Notes under the pieces: model-generated | The model's database searches: none | Seen by the model: the letters and a program-made list of their open reading frames with translations, nothing else | Told to the model about the DNA's origin: nothing | NCBI GenBank assembly: GCA_965219955.1 | Contig: OZ244799.1 | Location: 3,712,001-3,776,000, forward strand | Reading direction: 5' to 3' | DNA from: a bacterium | Lineage (GTDB): Bacteria; UBA8248 | Length of the DNA: 64,000 nt | Translations under genes and position numbers: made by a program | Part shown: positions 20,031-29,381 of the stretch, one piece after another | Position numbering within the stretch: the stretch's first letter is position 1 | How the letters are laid out: each line of letters opens with the position of its first letter

Positions 20031-20290
20031 GCCGTCATTCCGGCGCATGCCGGAATCTAGGCGGGCGGGAATGGAAAAAAGCTATCATTCGGCGCTCCGA
20101 TCCGAGCGGCGGAATTCTCTCGCCTCCAGGTTTTCGCATCGGCTCTGGATTCCGGCATGCGCCGGAATGACGAATCATAGCCACGCTCGTCATGTGGGAG
20201 AATTTCGACCGTAGGGGCGGCCCCCCGTGGCCGCCCGTATTGAGGGGGTGCGCTTCATCAGGACAGGCACAGGGGCCTGTCCCTGCCATA
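20031..20290. repeat. REP-like palindrome cluster
   Basis: GTCATTCCGGCGCATGCCGGAATC / GATTCCGGCATGCGCCGGAATGAC pair plus GTAGGGGCGGCCCCCCGTGGCCGCCC and GGACAGGCACAGGGGCCTGTCCC. Confidence 0.75.
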
Positions 20291-20551
20291 TGATGCGAAG
20301 CTCATCATTCGTTAGGTTTTTCGATGTCACGACGAGGAGGACTCACGCCATGTTTTTCCGCAAAAACACGTCCACGAACAAACCATCTGCTTTCACGCCG
20401 GCGCCGCTCCTGGCGCTGGGGCCGGTGGGCTGCGGCGAGGCGTCTCGCGGGCGGGATTTCCTTGAGGACGCGTGCAATCGCTCCAGAAATTCTCCTCATA
20501 TAAGATGCGGCAAGAATTGCGCCGCTGGCGCATCTTCCTTTTTTTGTAGTC

Positions 20552-20747
20552 TTGACATATCCCATCTCATATCCCATCATTTTTGAAGCCACAAAAACTG
20601 CACGATCTCTGTTTGTTCTCTGAAGATGACGTTTTCTCTCCGCTGGGGAGCCAAACCACCTCTTCAATCGTGGTTTCTGTGGCGAAGAAGCCGAGTTGAT
20701 TCGTGGTCAGTTGAATCGCCTCTTCCCGCCATCGAGGAGAAGGAACA
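20552..20747 (+). promoter_or_regulatory. Sixth promoter/leader cassette, upstream of the autotransporter gene
   Basis: TTGACA 20552-57, 17 nt, CATCAT 20575-80, GCCACAAAAACTGCACGAT 20588...ATCGTGGTTTCTGTGGC 20667-83. The downstream leader is homologous to the TbpB-like gene leader. Confidence 0.65.
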
Positions 20748-23165
20748 GTGATCAAATCGAGAAGACAGCTTTACCGAAAAACATCTTTTTTGTTCATTTT
20801 ATTCTCACTTGCGTTATCCTTCGTCTTCGCGCTTTCGGGCTGCGGCGGAGGTGGCGGCGGCCCGACAACGGGCGCCCCGCCCGCCACGATGCCGGACCCA
20901 CCCGCCACGATGCCGGACCCGCCGGACGAGCCGCAAGCCCCGGAAATCGAACGGAGCCCGGTCGTGGTCGCGCCCCATCCCGTGCTCCCGGTGGGCGCGT
21001 CGCTCCCGAGGGAGGACGTATATCTCTCCACGCGGCCGGGCGTGCGGCAGCGTGTCCTGCTCGCCAGGACGGCGAACGCAGGCGCAAAGGCCGTCATCCT
21101 CTTCACGGGCGGCGACGGAACGCCGATTACGGTCCCGCAGAATGGAGGCATCCGCCTCACCGGCAATTTCCTGGTGAGAAGCTCAGCGCTCTTCGCCGAA
21201 GCGGGCTTCATCACCGCGGTCGTCGAATTGCCCCTGGACACGTCGTCCGTGAACCGCAGCGTGAGCAACGCTTACAGGCAATCGCCGATGCACCACACGG
21301 ACATACGCGCCGTGGTGGATTTTCTGGTGAGCGAGGGCGCGCGCGAGGTGTACCTCATCGGCACGAGCCGGGGCACGCTGTCCGTCGCGTATCTGGCGAC
21401 CGTGATGGCGCACCCGAACGTCAGTGGCTACGTTCTCACGGCGACCCTGGCCGAGAACCCGCAGGCCGTCCGGTCTTATGCGCCTCGCATTACGGACCCC
21501 GTCCTGATGGTGCATCACACGGACGACGGTTGCCATGTCACGAGATACGCCGACGCCCAGGCCATATTCGATTCCATTCCGGCGGGCACGCGCAAGGAGT
21601 TCATCTCCGTGAGCGGAGGGAGTCCGCCGATAGACACGAATCCCTGCCAGGCGCGGGCGCAGCACGGGTTCCTGGGCAAGGAGCATGAGGCGGTGGGAGG
21701 CATCGTCGAGTGGATGAACACGGGAACTGTGACGGAGACGAACCTGCTCACGGCGGATGACGCGGCCGCACCGCAGGAGGCGTGGCTCGCGCGCTTCGGG
21801 CGCGCGGCGGCGGAGCACGTCACCGGGGCTATCGAAGACCGGCTGCGCGGAACGCCGAGCTCGCGTCTCACGCTCGGCGGTCAGGATATCGATCTGGCAG
21901 GCTCCCCCCTTCCGCTGGCGGACGCAGATTCCGGTGCGCGACTCGCCGAAGGCATATTCGATGAGCGCAGCGGGGAGGCTTTCGCGGGACGCGAGATGTC
22001 GATGAGCGAGTTGCTGCTGGCGAGTTCCTTTCACCTGGCCTCCGCTGAGGGAGAGGACGCCGGCGGGGGCTGGTCGTTCTGGGGCGGCGCGGCGCGCTCG
22101 GGCTTCGACGCGAAAGAGGGCGCGCTCGCGCTCGACGGCGACGTCACGACCGCCACGCTGGGCTTCGATTTCGAGCGCGAGCGGTGGCTGGCCGGCGTGG
22201 CGCTCTCGCGCAGCGCGGGCGAGGGTGAGTTCCGCATCGGCGGCAACTGCGCTTCGGGCTGCGGCGGCGATCTGGAGAGCACGCTCACCGGCGCCTATCC
22301 CTATGCGCGCTATCGCTTCAGCGAGCGCCTCTCGGCCTGGGGAATGCTAGGCCACGGGCGCGGCGAGTTGACGCTCACCACGGGGGGAGGGAGTCCCGCC
22401 GAGACCGACATCGAGATGAACATGGCGTCGCTGGGCGCGCGCGGCGTGCTGCTGCCCGCTTTGAGCAAGGGAGATTTCGAACTAGCCGTTCGCTCGGACG
22501 CGCTGATGACGTGGACGAGTTCCGATGAGACGGAAAGTCTCGCCGAGGCCGAAGCGGAGACGAGCCGCCTGAGGCTCACGCTCGAAGCCTCGCGTGAGAT
22601 CGGGCTCGACTCGGGCGCGAGTCTCACGCCCTCGCTGGAAGTGGGCTTGCGCTACGACGGGGGCGACGCCGAGACGGGAGCCGGCGTCGAGGTCGGCGGC
22701 GGGCTTCGCTACGCGGGTTCGGGCTTCACGGTACGGGTGAACGCCCGCGGCCTGCTCGCGCATGCCGACAGCGATTATGAGGAGTGGGGCGTGAGCGGCT
22801 CGGTGCGCCTCGCTCCGGGCGAGGGGGGGCGCGGCTTGTCCATGCGGCTGGGTTCGTCCTGGGGCGCCCCGGCGGGTGGAGCGAACGGGCTCTGGAGCGG
22901 GCGCAGCGCGGTGGGGCTGCTCAAGAGCGGAGAATTCGACCCGGGCGCGCGCCTCGACGCGGAGGTGGGCTACGGTCTGGACGGCATGGGCGGCCTCCTC
23001 ACCCCCTACGGCGGCGTGTCGGTCTCGGAAGCGGCGCAGAGCTACCGCGCGGGCGGACGCTTCCGTCTCGGGGAGCGTTTGAGCATGAGCCTGGAGGGCG
23101 AGCGCCGCGAAGGTGCGAATGTCGTCGACCACGGCCTGGCGCTTCACGGCTCCCTGCGCTGGTAG
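20748..23165 (+). CDS. Lipoprotein autotransporter with alpha/beta-hydrolase passenger
   Basis: Lipobox LSGC plus poly-Gly and PATMPDP repeats; ILFTGGDG and YLIGTSRGTLS (GxSxG); AWLARFGR linker helix; C-terminal beta-barrel ending in LRW. Confidence 0.85.
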   Translation: MIKSRRQLYRKTSFLFILFSLALSFVFALSGCGGGGGGPTTGAPPATMPDPPATMPDPPDEPQAPEIERSPVVVAPHPVLPVGASLPREDVYLSTRPGVRQRVLLARTANAGAKAVILFTGGDGTPITVPQNGGIRLTGNFLVRSSALFAEAGFITAVVELPLDTSSVNRSVSNAYRQSPMHHTDIRAVVDFLVSEGAREVYLIGTSRGTLSVAYLATVMAHPNVSGYVLTATLAENPQAVRSYAPRITDPVLMVHHTDDGCHVTRYADAQAIFDSIPAGTRKEFISVSGGSPPIDTNPCQARAQHGFLGKEHEAVGGIVEWMNTGTVTETNLLTADDAAAPQEAWLARFGRAAAEHVTGAIEDRLRGTPSSRLTLGGQDIDLAGSPLPLADADSGARLAEGIFDERSGEAFAGREMSMSELLLASSFHLASAEGEDAGGGWSFWGGAARSGFDAKEGALALDGDVTTATLGFDFERERWLAGVALSRSAGEGEFRIGGNCASGCGGDLESTLTGAYPYARYRFSERLSAWGMLGHGRGELTLTTGGGSPAETDIEMNMASLGARGVLLPALSKGDFELAVRSDALMTWTSSDETESLAEAEAETSRLRLTLEASREIGLDSGASLTPSLEVGLRYDGGDAETGAGVEVGGGLRYAGSGFTVRVNARGLLAHADSDYEEWGVSGSVRLAPGEGGRGLSMRLGSSWGAPAGGANGLWSGRSAVGLLKSGEFDPGARLDAEVGYGLDGMGGLLTPYGGVSVSEAAQSYRAGGRFRLGERLSMSLEGERREGANVVDHGLALHGSLRW

Positions 23166-23211
23166 GTCGATTCCGATCGGGGGAGGGATAATTGAAAAAG
23201 CCCGTGAGTGG

Positions 23212-23695
23212 GTTGTTGAAAACCCCTCGTCAGGGAGGGCATCCCGATCATCGAATGGTTTCCCGTAGGGACAGGTCGCGACCTGTCCCTACAAAACCAC
23301 CGCGCCAGTCCGTAATCACTCCCCCCTTGAGGGGGAGTCGAAGAGCTAAGGGCGTAAGCCCGCAAGCGATTCGGTGGGGGGTATAATTCGGAATGGCGAT
23401 AAAACGCGATTCACCCCCCACCGATTCAGCCTTCGCACAAACCGCTCGGCTTCATCGACTCCCCCTCAAGGGGGGAGTGATACCTCTCTCGTCGGGGTGT
23501 TGCTTCTTCATACCCCCCTGACAAGGGGGGGTAGGGGGGGTTGCCTTTCGACGAGAGAAGTCGGCGAGGGCCGTATCGAGGGACGCCCCGTAGGGACAGG
23601 CCTCCGTGCCTGTCCCTACGGCAACCATCCCGCAAAGGACAACCACGGAGGGTTGTCCCTACCGTTACCCCTGCCGAATCGCCGGAATGACGATC
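23212..23695. repeat. Composite REP/MITE cluster including a 160-bp palindromic element (23318-23479)
   Basis: GTAGGGACAGG...CCTGTCCCTAC hairpins; CACTCCCCCCTTGAGGGGG...CCCCCTCAAGGGGGGAGTG element, present inverted at about 33339-33523. Confidence 0.8.
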
Positions 23696-23729
23696 CTGAA
23701 CTCACGCGTATACCGAGGGCGGCCCCTCC

Positions 23730-24554
23730 CTACTTCTTCTCCGCCGAGATGAGCCTCGCCTGCATGGGCACTTGAATAACGCCCCCGCTCTCGTACTCGC
23801 GCAGCATGTCGAGCAGCGCTTCGCGTATCTTATCTCTGGCTTCGGGCGTCTGGGAGGCGAGGCGCGAGGCCGTGCGCACGGTGGATTTCTCGAAGACCTC
23901 GATGATGCGGGCCGGCTCTTGCGCTTCCATATAGAGGGTGAAGCCTGTGATCTCGGGCGCGGTGAAGCCCGCCGCCGTCATGACGCGCGCGCATTTTTCA
24001 TCGTCTTCCAGGAAGGGTTCGGGCGGGCCGGCCACGAGGGGGACGTCCGGGTCGCCGTGCTCTTTAATCGCCCGCGCCATCAGCGACCGGTGCCCCGCGT
24101 CGTGCGTCCAGGCGGTGAAGGCGAGTTTTCCTCCCGATTTTAATACCCTCGTGGTCTCGGCCAGCGCGACTTCCGGATACGGGAAGTGCAGGAAGCCGAA
24201 GTTGCTCGCCACGGCGTCGAAGCGCTCGTCTTCAAACGGCATATCCTCCGCGTCGCAGTGCCGGAACTCCGCCCCCGGCCAGCGGCGCGCCGCCTCGGCC
24301 AGCATGTCCGGGGCGAAATCCGCCCCCACCACCGTGCAGCCGCGCATGAGCGCGCCCGCAGAGACGACCCCCGTCCCGCAGGCCAGGTCGAGCAGGCGCG
24401 TGCCGAAGCGCGCGTCCACGGCGTCGAGCAACAACCCGACCGCCTGCCCGGTAATGACGCCGAACAGATCGGCGTATTCCCCCGCCGCGCCGTTCCAGCC
24501 CGAGCGCTCGAACTCGCGGAAGGCCTCGGGGTCGTACCCGGATGTCTCATTCAT
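23730..24554 (-). CDS. Class I SAM-dependent methyltransferase
   Basis: LLDLACGTG motif I; DAEDMPFEDERFDAV; RVLKSGG. Confidence 0.9.
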   Translation of the reverse strand: MNETSGYDPEAFREFERSGWNGAAGEYADLFGVITGQAVGLLLDAVDARFGTRLLDLACGTGVVSAGALMRGCTVVGADFAPDMLAEAARRWPGAEFRHCDAEDMPFEDERFDAVASNFGFLHFPYPEVALAETTRVLKSGGKLAFTAWTHDAGHRSLMARAIKEHGDPDVPLVAGPPEPFLEDDEKCARVMTAAGFTAPEITGFTLYMEAQEPARIIEVFEKSTVRTASRLASQTPEARDKIREALLDMLREYESGGVIQVPMQARLISAEKK

Positions 24555-24557
24555 CTC

Positions 24558-25988
24558 TCATCTCCCAGGTGCTGTGCTTGCGTCCGCCGCGACGCCGCGC
24601 GCCACGAGGTCCACGCCGTCCGTGCCGATGATCTCGCACGCGATGATCTCCCCAGGCTCCGCTTCCGTCTCGTGCAGGAATACCTCGCCGTCCACTTCCG
24701 GGGCCTGGAGCCGCGTGCGCCCGCGCAGCAGGCCCTCGCCCGTCAGGTTCTCGACGAGCACCTGCGCCTTCTGGCCGATGAGCGCTTCGTTGTCCTCGGC
24801 CATGATGCGCTCCTGGAGCGCGAGCAGGCGCGCCATGCGCTCGCGCGCGAGTTCGGCGGGCACCTGATCGGGCAGGCGCGCTGCGAGCGAGCGGTCCTCG
24901 GGCGAGAAGACGAAGCCGCCCAGCCGGGCGAAGCGCGTCTCCTCGACGAAGTCGAGCAGGCGTTCGAAGTCCGCATCCGTCTCTCCCGGAAAGCCGACGA
25001 GCATGGTGGTCCTGAGCGCGCAGCCGGGAACGCGCTCCTTGATGCGCGCTACGAGTCCGCGCGTTCCTTCTTCATCTATGCCCCGCCGCATGGCGTCGAG
25101 CACGGGCGTGGCGACGTGCTGGAGCGGCATGTCGATGTACTCGCACACCTTCGGCAATTCGCGGTAGGCGTCGAGCAGCTCGTCCGTCACCCCGCGCGGG
25201 TAGTTGTAGAGCACGCGGATCCAGTCGAGGCCGTCCACCTCGTTCAACGCCTCAAGCAGCCGCGCGAGGGAGAAGCCCAATCCCAGGTCGACGCCGTAGC
25301 TCGTGATCTCCTGCGCGAGCAGGTTCACTTCCCGAACGCCCGCCTCGGCGAGCGCGCCCGCTTCTTCCACCACCAGGTCGAGCGGTCGCGAGCGGAACCT
25401 GCCGCGGAACCTGGGGATCACGCAGAAGGTGCAGGGCCGCGAGCAGCCCTCGGCGACTTTGAGATACGCGCTCGGCCCCGGCTCCGCGAGGATGCGCGGC
25501 AGCCGCCTGCCGTAGTCCATCAGGGTGTCCGAGAACGCCTCGCGCGCCCCGCCGCGCTCCCCGCTCAGGAGCGCGGGGAGTTGGTCGTACTCGCGCGTCC
25601 CGATGAACAGGTCCACCTCGGGCAGGCCCTGGGCGAGTTCCCCCCGGTAGCGCTCGGCCAGACAGCCCGCCACCACCAGGGTTTCGAGGTCGCCCGCCTG
25701 CTTCAGCTGGGCGATTTCGAGAATCGTATCGATGGATTCGCGCTTCGCGTCCTCGATGAACCCGCACGTGTTGACGATGGCGACCTGGGCGTCCTCGGCG
25801 TCGCTCACGAGGCGGTAGCCCGCGCCCGCGAGGGCGGCGAGCATGATTTCGGAATCCACCGTGTTCTTGGCGCAGCCGAGCGATATGAGCGCAGCGCCGG
25901 GCGCTTCGGGCCCCATCGGTACGGGCGCGTCACGCCGCACGAGGGGCATCTCGGAGATGGGCTGGATTTGCAGGAGGTTTTCGCTCAT
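24558..25988 (-). CDS. rimO: Ribosomal protein S12 methylthiotransferase RimO
   Basis: ISLGCAKNTVDSE, VNTCGFIEDAKRESIDTI, AYLKVAEGCSRPCTFCVIP, QAPEVDG TRAM domain. Start overlaps the upstream stop (ATGA). Confidence 0.93.
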   Translation of the reverse strand: MSENLLQIQPISEMPLVRRDAPVPMGPEAPGAALISLGCAKNTVDSEIMLAALAGAGYRLVSDAEDAQVAIVNTCGFIEDAKRESIDTILEIAQLKQAGDLETLVVAGCLAERYRGELAQGLPEVDLFIGTREYDQLPALLSGERGGAREAFSDTLMDYGRRLPRILAEPGPSAYLKVAEGCSRPCTFCVIPRFRGRFRSRPLDLVVEEAGALAEAGVREVNLLAQEITSYGVDLGLGFSLARLLEALNEVDGLDWIRVLYNYPRGVTDELLDAYRELPKVCEYIDMPLQHVATPVLDAMRRGIDEEGTRGLVARIKERVPGCALRTTMLVGFPGETDADFERLLDFVEETRFARLGGFVFSPEDRSLAARLPDQVPAELARERMARLLALQERIMAEDNEALIGQKAQVLVENLTGEGLLRGRTRLQAPEVDGEVFLHETEAEPGEIIACEIIGTDGVDLVARGVAADASTAPGR

Positions 25989-27310
25989 CGCGCTGCCCCC
26001 GCCTTCGAACCCTTGGGGTCGATGTGCCATTCCTCTTTGGGGCGGTTGAAATAGCGGATGGCCACGTCAGGCAGTTCTTCGCGGTAGACCTCCAGCATCC
26101 GCGCCATGCCCATCGCCTCGCCCATCTCCCCGATATCGGGCAGGGTATCGAGGTAGAGCGCGGGGTCGATGCAGAGGTTCTTCATCTGGATCACGTGCAG
26201 TCCCGTCCGCGCGGCGAAGGCGAGGGCCGCCTCGACCTCGGCTTCCAGGTCCGTGACGCCGGGGAAGACCAGGTAGTTGATCTGCGTGTAAAGGCCTGCG
26301 TCGACGGCGGCCTTCACGCAGTCTTCCACGTCGGAGAAGTCATACGTCTCGGGCCGGTAGTAGGCGCCGTGCCACTCGGGCGTCGCGCTGTTCGTGCTGA
26401 TCCGGATGCTCTCGAGACCCGCCGCCGCCAGTCTGCCCATCCATTCGGGCCGGCTGCCGTTCGTGTTCAGGTGCAGGGTGCCGCGCTCCGTCCGCTCGCG
26501 GATGAGGCGGCAGGCGCGCTCGATGACGCCCGCCTGGAGAAGCGGCTCCCCCTCGCAGCCCTGGCCGAAACTCGCGACGGCCATCTCTGCGCTATCGAGG
26601 TGGGGGACGGCGATCTCCGAGAGTTCCTCCGGCGTCGGGACGACTTTGATGCGCCGGTGGCTCGCCGGGAAGAGGTCGTCCGTCTGGAGCGATATGCACC
26701 CCCGGCAGTCCGCGTTGCAGAGCGGAGCGATCGGAAGCCCCATCTCCCATCTTTGGGCGAAGAAGTTTTTCGCGGCGAAGCAGTGGAACTCACGCGCGCA
26801 GCGTTCGAGGTGGGGGATCATCCGGTTTTCGGGGTGGGCGTCGCGCATCCGCTCGATCCGTCCGGGGAGGCCCGTGTCGTCGTACTGCTCGGGCTCCCAG
26901 CGCGGGCAGTCGTCGACCTGTACGGCGGCGCAGACGAACCCGCCGCTTTCTTCATCGAAGCCGAGCGCCGTGTAGGCCCAGAGCGGGAGCACCGCCGCGC
27001 CGGGGGTTCTTTCCGAGAAGGGGAGCAGGGTGCGCATCCAGCCTGGGGAGGGGAACGTGCAGGCGGCCTGCAGAGCTACCGGGCCGTCGCCCCAGTCCGC
27101 TTCCTCCACGCTCACGAGCGCGTCCTCTTCAGGGTCGCCGCCCACGGGCGTGCTGTCAGGTATCGTGAAGAACTTGCTCCCCGCCGGGAGGGGCGAGAGT
27201 TCAGAGGGATCGGGGGCCACGGGTTCGGCCCCGAGCGCGCCCACCATCTCGAACTCGGGGTGTTCGAACAGGTTGCCCCCGGCGTCCGCGACCACCATCA
27301 ACGGGCGCAT
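25985..27310 (-). CDS. Radical SAM protein of unknown function
   Basis: CNADCRGC (CxxxCxxC); SFGQGCEGEPLL; HLNTNGS. Confidence 0.9.
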   Translation of the reverse strand: MRPLMVVADAGGNLFEHPEFEMVGALGAEPVAPDPSELSPLPAGSKFFTIPDSTPVGGDPEEDALVSVEEADWGDGPVALQAACTFPSPGWMRTLLPFSERTPGAAVLPLWAYTALGFDEESGGFVCAAVQVDDCPRWEPEQYDDTGLPGRIERMRDAHPENRMIPHLERCAREFHCFAAKNFFAQRWEMGLPIAPLCNADCRGCISLQTDDLFPASHRRIKVVPTPEELSEIAVPHLDSAEMAVASFGQGCEGEPLLQAGVIERACRLIRERTERGTLHLNTNGSRPEWMGRLAAAGLESIRISTNSATPEWHGAYYRPETYDFSDVEDCVKAAVDAGLYTQINYLVFPGVTDLEAEVEAALAFAARTGLHVIQMKNLCIDPALYLDTLPDIGEMGEAMGMARMLEVYREELPDVAIRYFNRPKEEWHIDPKGSKAGAAR

Positions 27311-27603
27311 GAGCGGGATGCTCCGGGAGTTGGGCGCGGAGTCCGCCCGGGAGTTTGAGTCGCCGGAACGGTGGCGCGTGAATAAAGCATGGGTTCCCGT
27401 CTCCAGAAAAGAGGAGCGCTTATGTGAGATTCCGCCTCCTCGCACAGAGACCATAACCTAGCAGAACTCCCCCTCCCCCCGCCAGCTTGCGGCCCTTGCC
27501 AGCGGCCCCCGGTTTCGCAATACTTGAAGCCTCTCCCCGTTCATGGGTCGGGGAATTCTTTTCCAAAGACAAATCGCGATCCAGCGAGTGGAGGTGCGCC
27601 CAC

Positions 27604-28434
27604 GTGAGTCCCGAAGAACAACTTTCCCGAGTCGCTCTGGTGAAATCCGAATCCGAGCGTCTCTCGGCCTACTGGCGCGGTTTTTCGGACGCGCGCTGGG
27701 AGGTGGAGACGTTCTGCCCCGGCTGGCAGGCGCAGCACGCCGTCTCCCATCTGGCGACGGGGGCGGATTTTTACACGAACTCGATACGCAGGGCGCTGGA
27801 AGGGTTGCCGCCCGAACCGCCCTACGGCAGCAACGTGAAGGAGTTCTTCGCCATCCGCGCCGCCAGGGGCGATGAACTCATGGCCCTGCCCAGGAACGAA
27901 ATGATGGACGCGTTCGACGCCTCGGCCGCCGAAGTGAACGAGGCGCTCGCGGAGGTCACCGTGGACGACATCACCAAGCTCGGCTTTCACCCCCGGGGGC
28001 TGACGCGGCTCGACGCCTGGATCGGGCTGCGCCTCGTCGAACTCGTGGCGCACGACTGGGACATCCGCTACGGGGAAGACGCGGGAGCAGGCGTCTCCGA
28101 AGACGCCCTGGAGGGCGTCATGAGCTTCCTCCCCGCGAGCCAGAGCCGCCTGTTCGGCGTCCGCGAGAACCCGCCCTTCGACGGGCGTTTTCTCTTCCGC
28201 TCGAAGGCGCCGGACCGGGAGTGGACGATCACCGTCGCCGGTGAGAAGGCGGAGGAATCCGCCCACACGTCCGGCGCGCACGACGCCATAATCACCGCGG
28301 ACGCGGAAGCGCACTTTCTCCTGCTCTACGGGCGCGCGAAGCGCGGCGCCATGGAGGACGCGGGCCGCCTGGAGGTCGAGGGGAACGCGGAACTGGCGAA
28401 CGAACTTTTATGCGTTTTATATACGAATTATTGA
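27604..28434 (+). CDS. Mycothiol-dependent maleylpyruvate isomerase-like (MDMPI/DinB superfamily) protein with SCP2-like C-terminus
   Basis: TFCPGWQAQHAVSHL and RLVELVAHDWDI metal-binding motifs; GGAGG RBS, GTG start. Confidence 0.85.
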   Translation: MSPEEQLSRVALVKSESERLSAYWRGFSDARWEVETFCPGWQAQHAVSHLATGADFYTNSIRRALEGLPPEPPYGSNVKEFFAIRAARGDELMALPRNEMMDAFDASAAEVNEALAEVTVDDITKLGFHPRGLTRLDAWIGLRLVELVAHDWDIRYGEDAGAGVSEDALEGVMSFLPASQSRLFGVRENPPFDGRFLFRSKAPDREWTITVAGEKAEESAHTSGAHDAIITADAEAHFLLLYGRAKRGAMEDAGRLEVEGNAELANELLCVLYTNY

Positions 28435-28456
28435 TCTCTAAAGGAGAAAACCCTTC

Positions 28457-29350
28457 ATGCCACCGATCACGAAAGTAGACGGGGACGTCTATTACCCCGG
28501 CAGCAGGACGCGCATCGACGCCATGCGTCCGGCCGACCCGGCGAAAACGCCCTGGACGCCGCTGCCCAAGCCGCTCTCCGAATGCAAGGTCACCCTCGTC
28601 TCCACGGCGGGAATCTTCATGAAAGGAGACGTTTCCTTCGACTACGAGCGCGAGTGGCGCGAGCCGCACTGGGGCGACCCCACCCACCGCGAGATTCCGA
28701 AAACGGCCGCGCAGGACGACTGCGAATACTCGCACCTGCACATCAACACCGAGTACCTGGAACGGGACAGGAACGTGTCGTTCCCCGTCGATATCTTCCT
28801 GGACTACGAGCGCGAGGGGAAGATCGGCGCGCTCGCCGAGACGCTCTACTCCACGATGGGCTACACGCCCAACTTCCATCCCCTGCTGAAGAAGACGGCC
28901 CCCCTCATGGCCGAGAAGATGCACGCGGAGGACGTGGACGCGGCGTTTCTCATCCCCGTCTGACCGCTCTGCATGCGGTCCGTGAGCCTGCTGCAGAGAA
29001 GACTGGAAGAGTTGGGAATCGCCACCGTCTCGATATGCAACCAGCCCGTGGTGTCGGAGAAAGTCTGCGTGCCGAGGGCGGTCTTCATCCAGTATCCCTT
29101 CGGGCGCATGCTGGGGGACGTGGGCGACAGAATTGGCCAGCGCGCGGTGTGCGACGACATGTGCGCGCATCTCGAGGCGGCCGGGGGACCGAACGCCTAT
29201 AAGCATCTATCCCACGAGTGGCCCGAGCCGCCCGAGGAAACGCAGTGGCATCCTCTCACGCCCGCGCCCATGCACGTGCTTCGCAACAACGGCACGGCGC
29301 CCAAGGGCCTCGCGCACTACCAGGACGACGAACGGCCCGATTTGACTTGA
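28457..29350 (+). CDS. GrdB/PrdB-like (glycine/sarcosine/betaine/proline reductase selenoprotein B family) selenoprotein; Sec at TGA 28961-28963
   Basis: Track ORFs 28457-28963 and 28973-29350 are in one frame. Read-through gives VDAAFLIPV-U-PLCMRSVSLLQRRLEELGIATVSI (UxxC). PWTPLPKPLSECKVTLVSTAG, GDPTHREIP, DRNVSFP and YPFGR are family motifs. Confidence 0.88.
28967..28998 (+). promoter_or_regulatory. Putative bacterial SECIS hairpin
   Basis: CTCTGCA(28967-73)...TGCAGAG(28992-98) lower stem; bulged upper stem with a CGT apical loop 17 nt after the TGA. Confidence 0.65.
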
Positions 29351-29381
29351 GGCCCCGTCGTCATCCCGGTGCGTGCGATAA

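Noticed and set aside
24186-26054. Long antisense/shadow ORFs (also 11583-12917, 36403-37791, 45398-46939, 55870-57276, 58484-59854, 60506-61990)
   Set aside because: They overlap well-supported genes on the opposite strand and have Arg/Ala/Gly-rich, motif-free translations typical of high-GC shadows.
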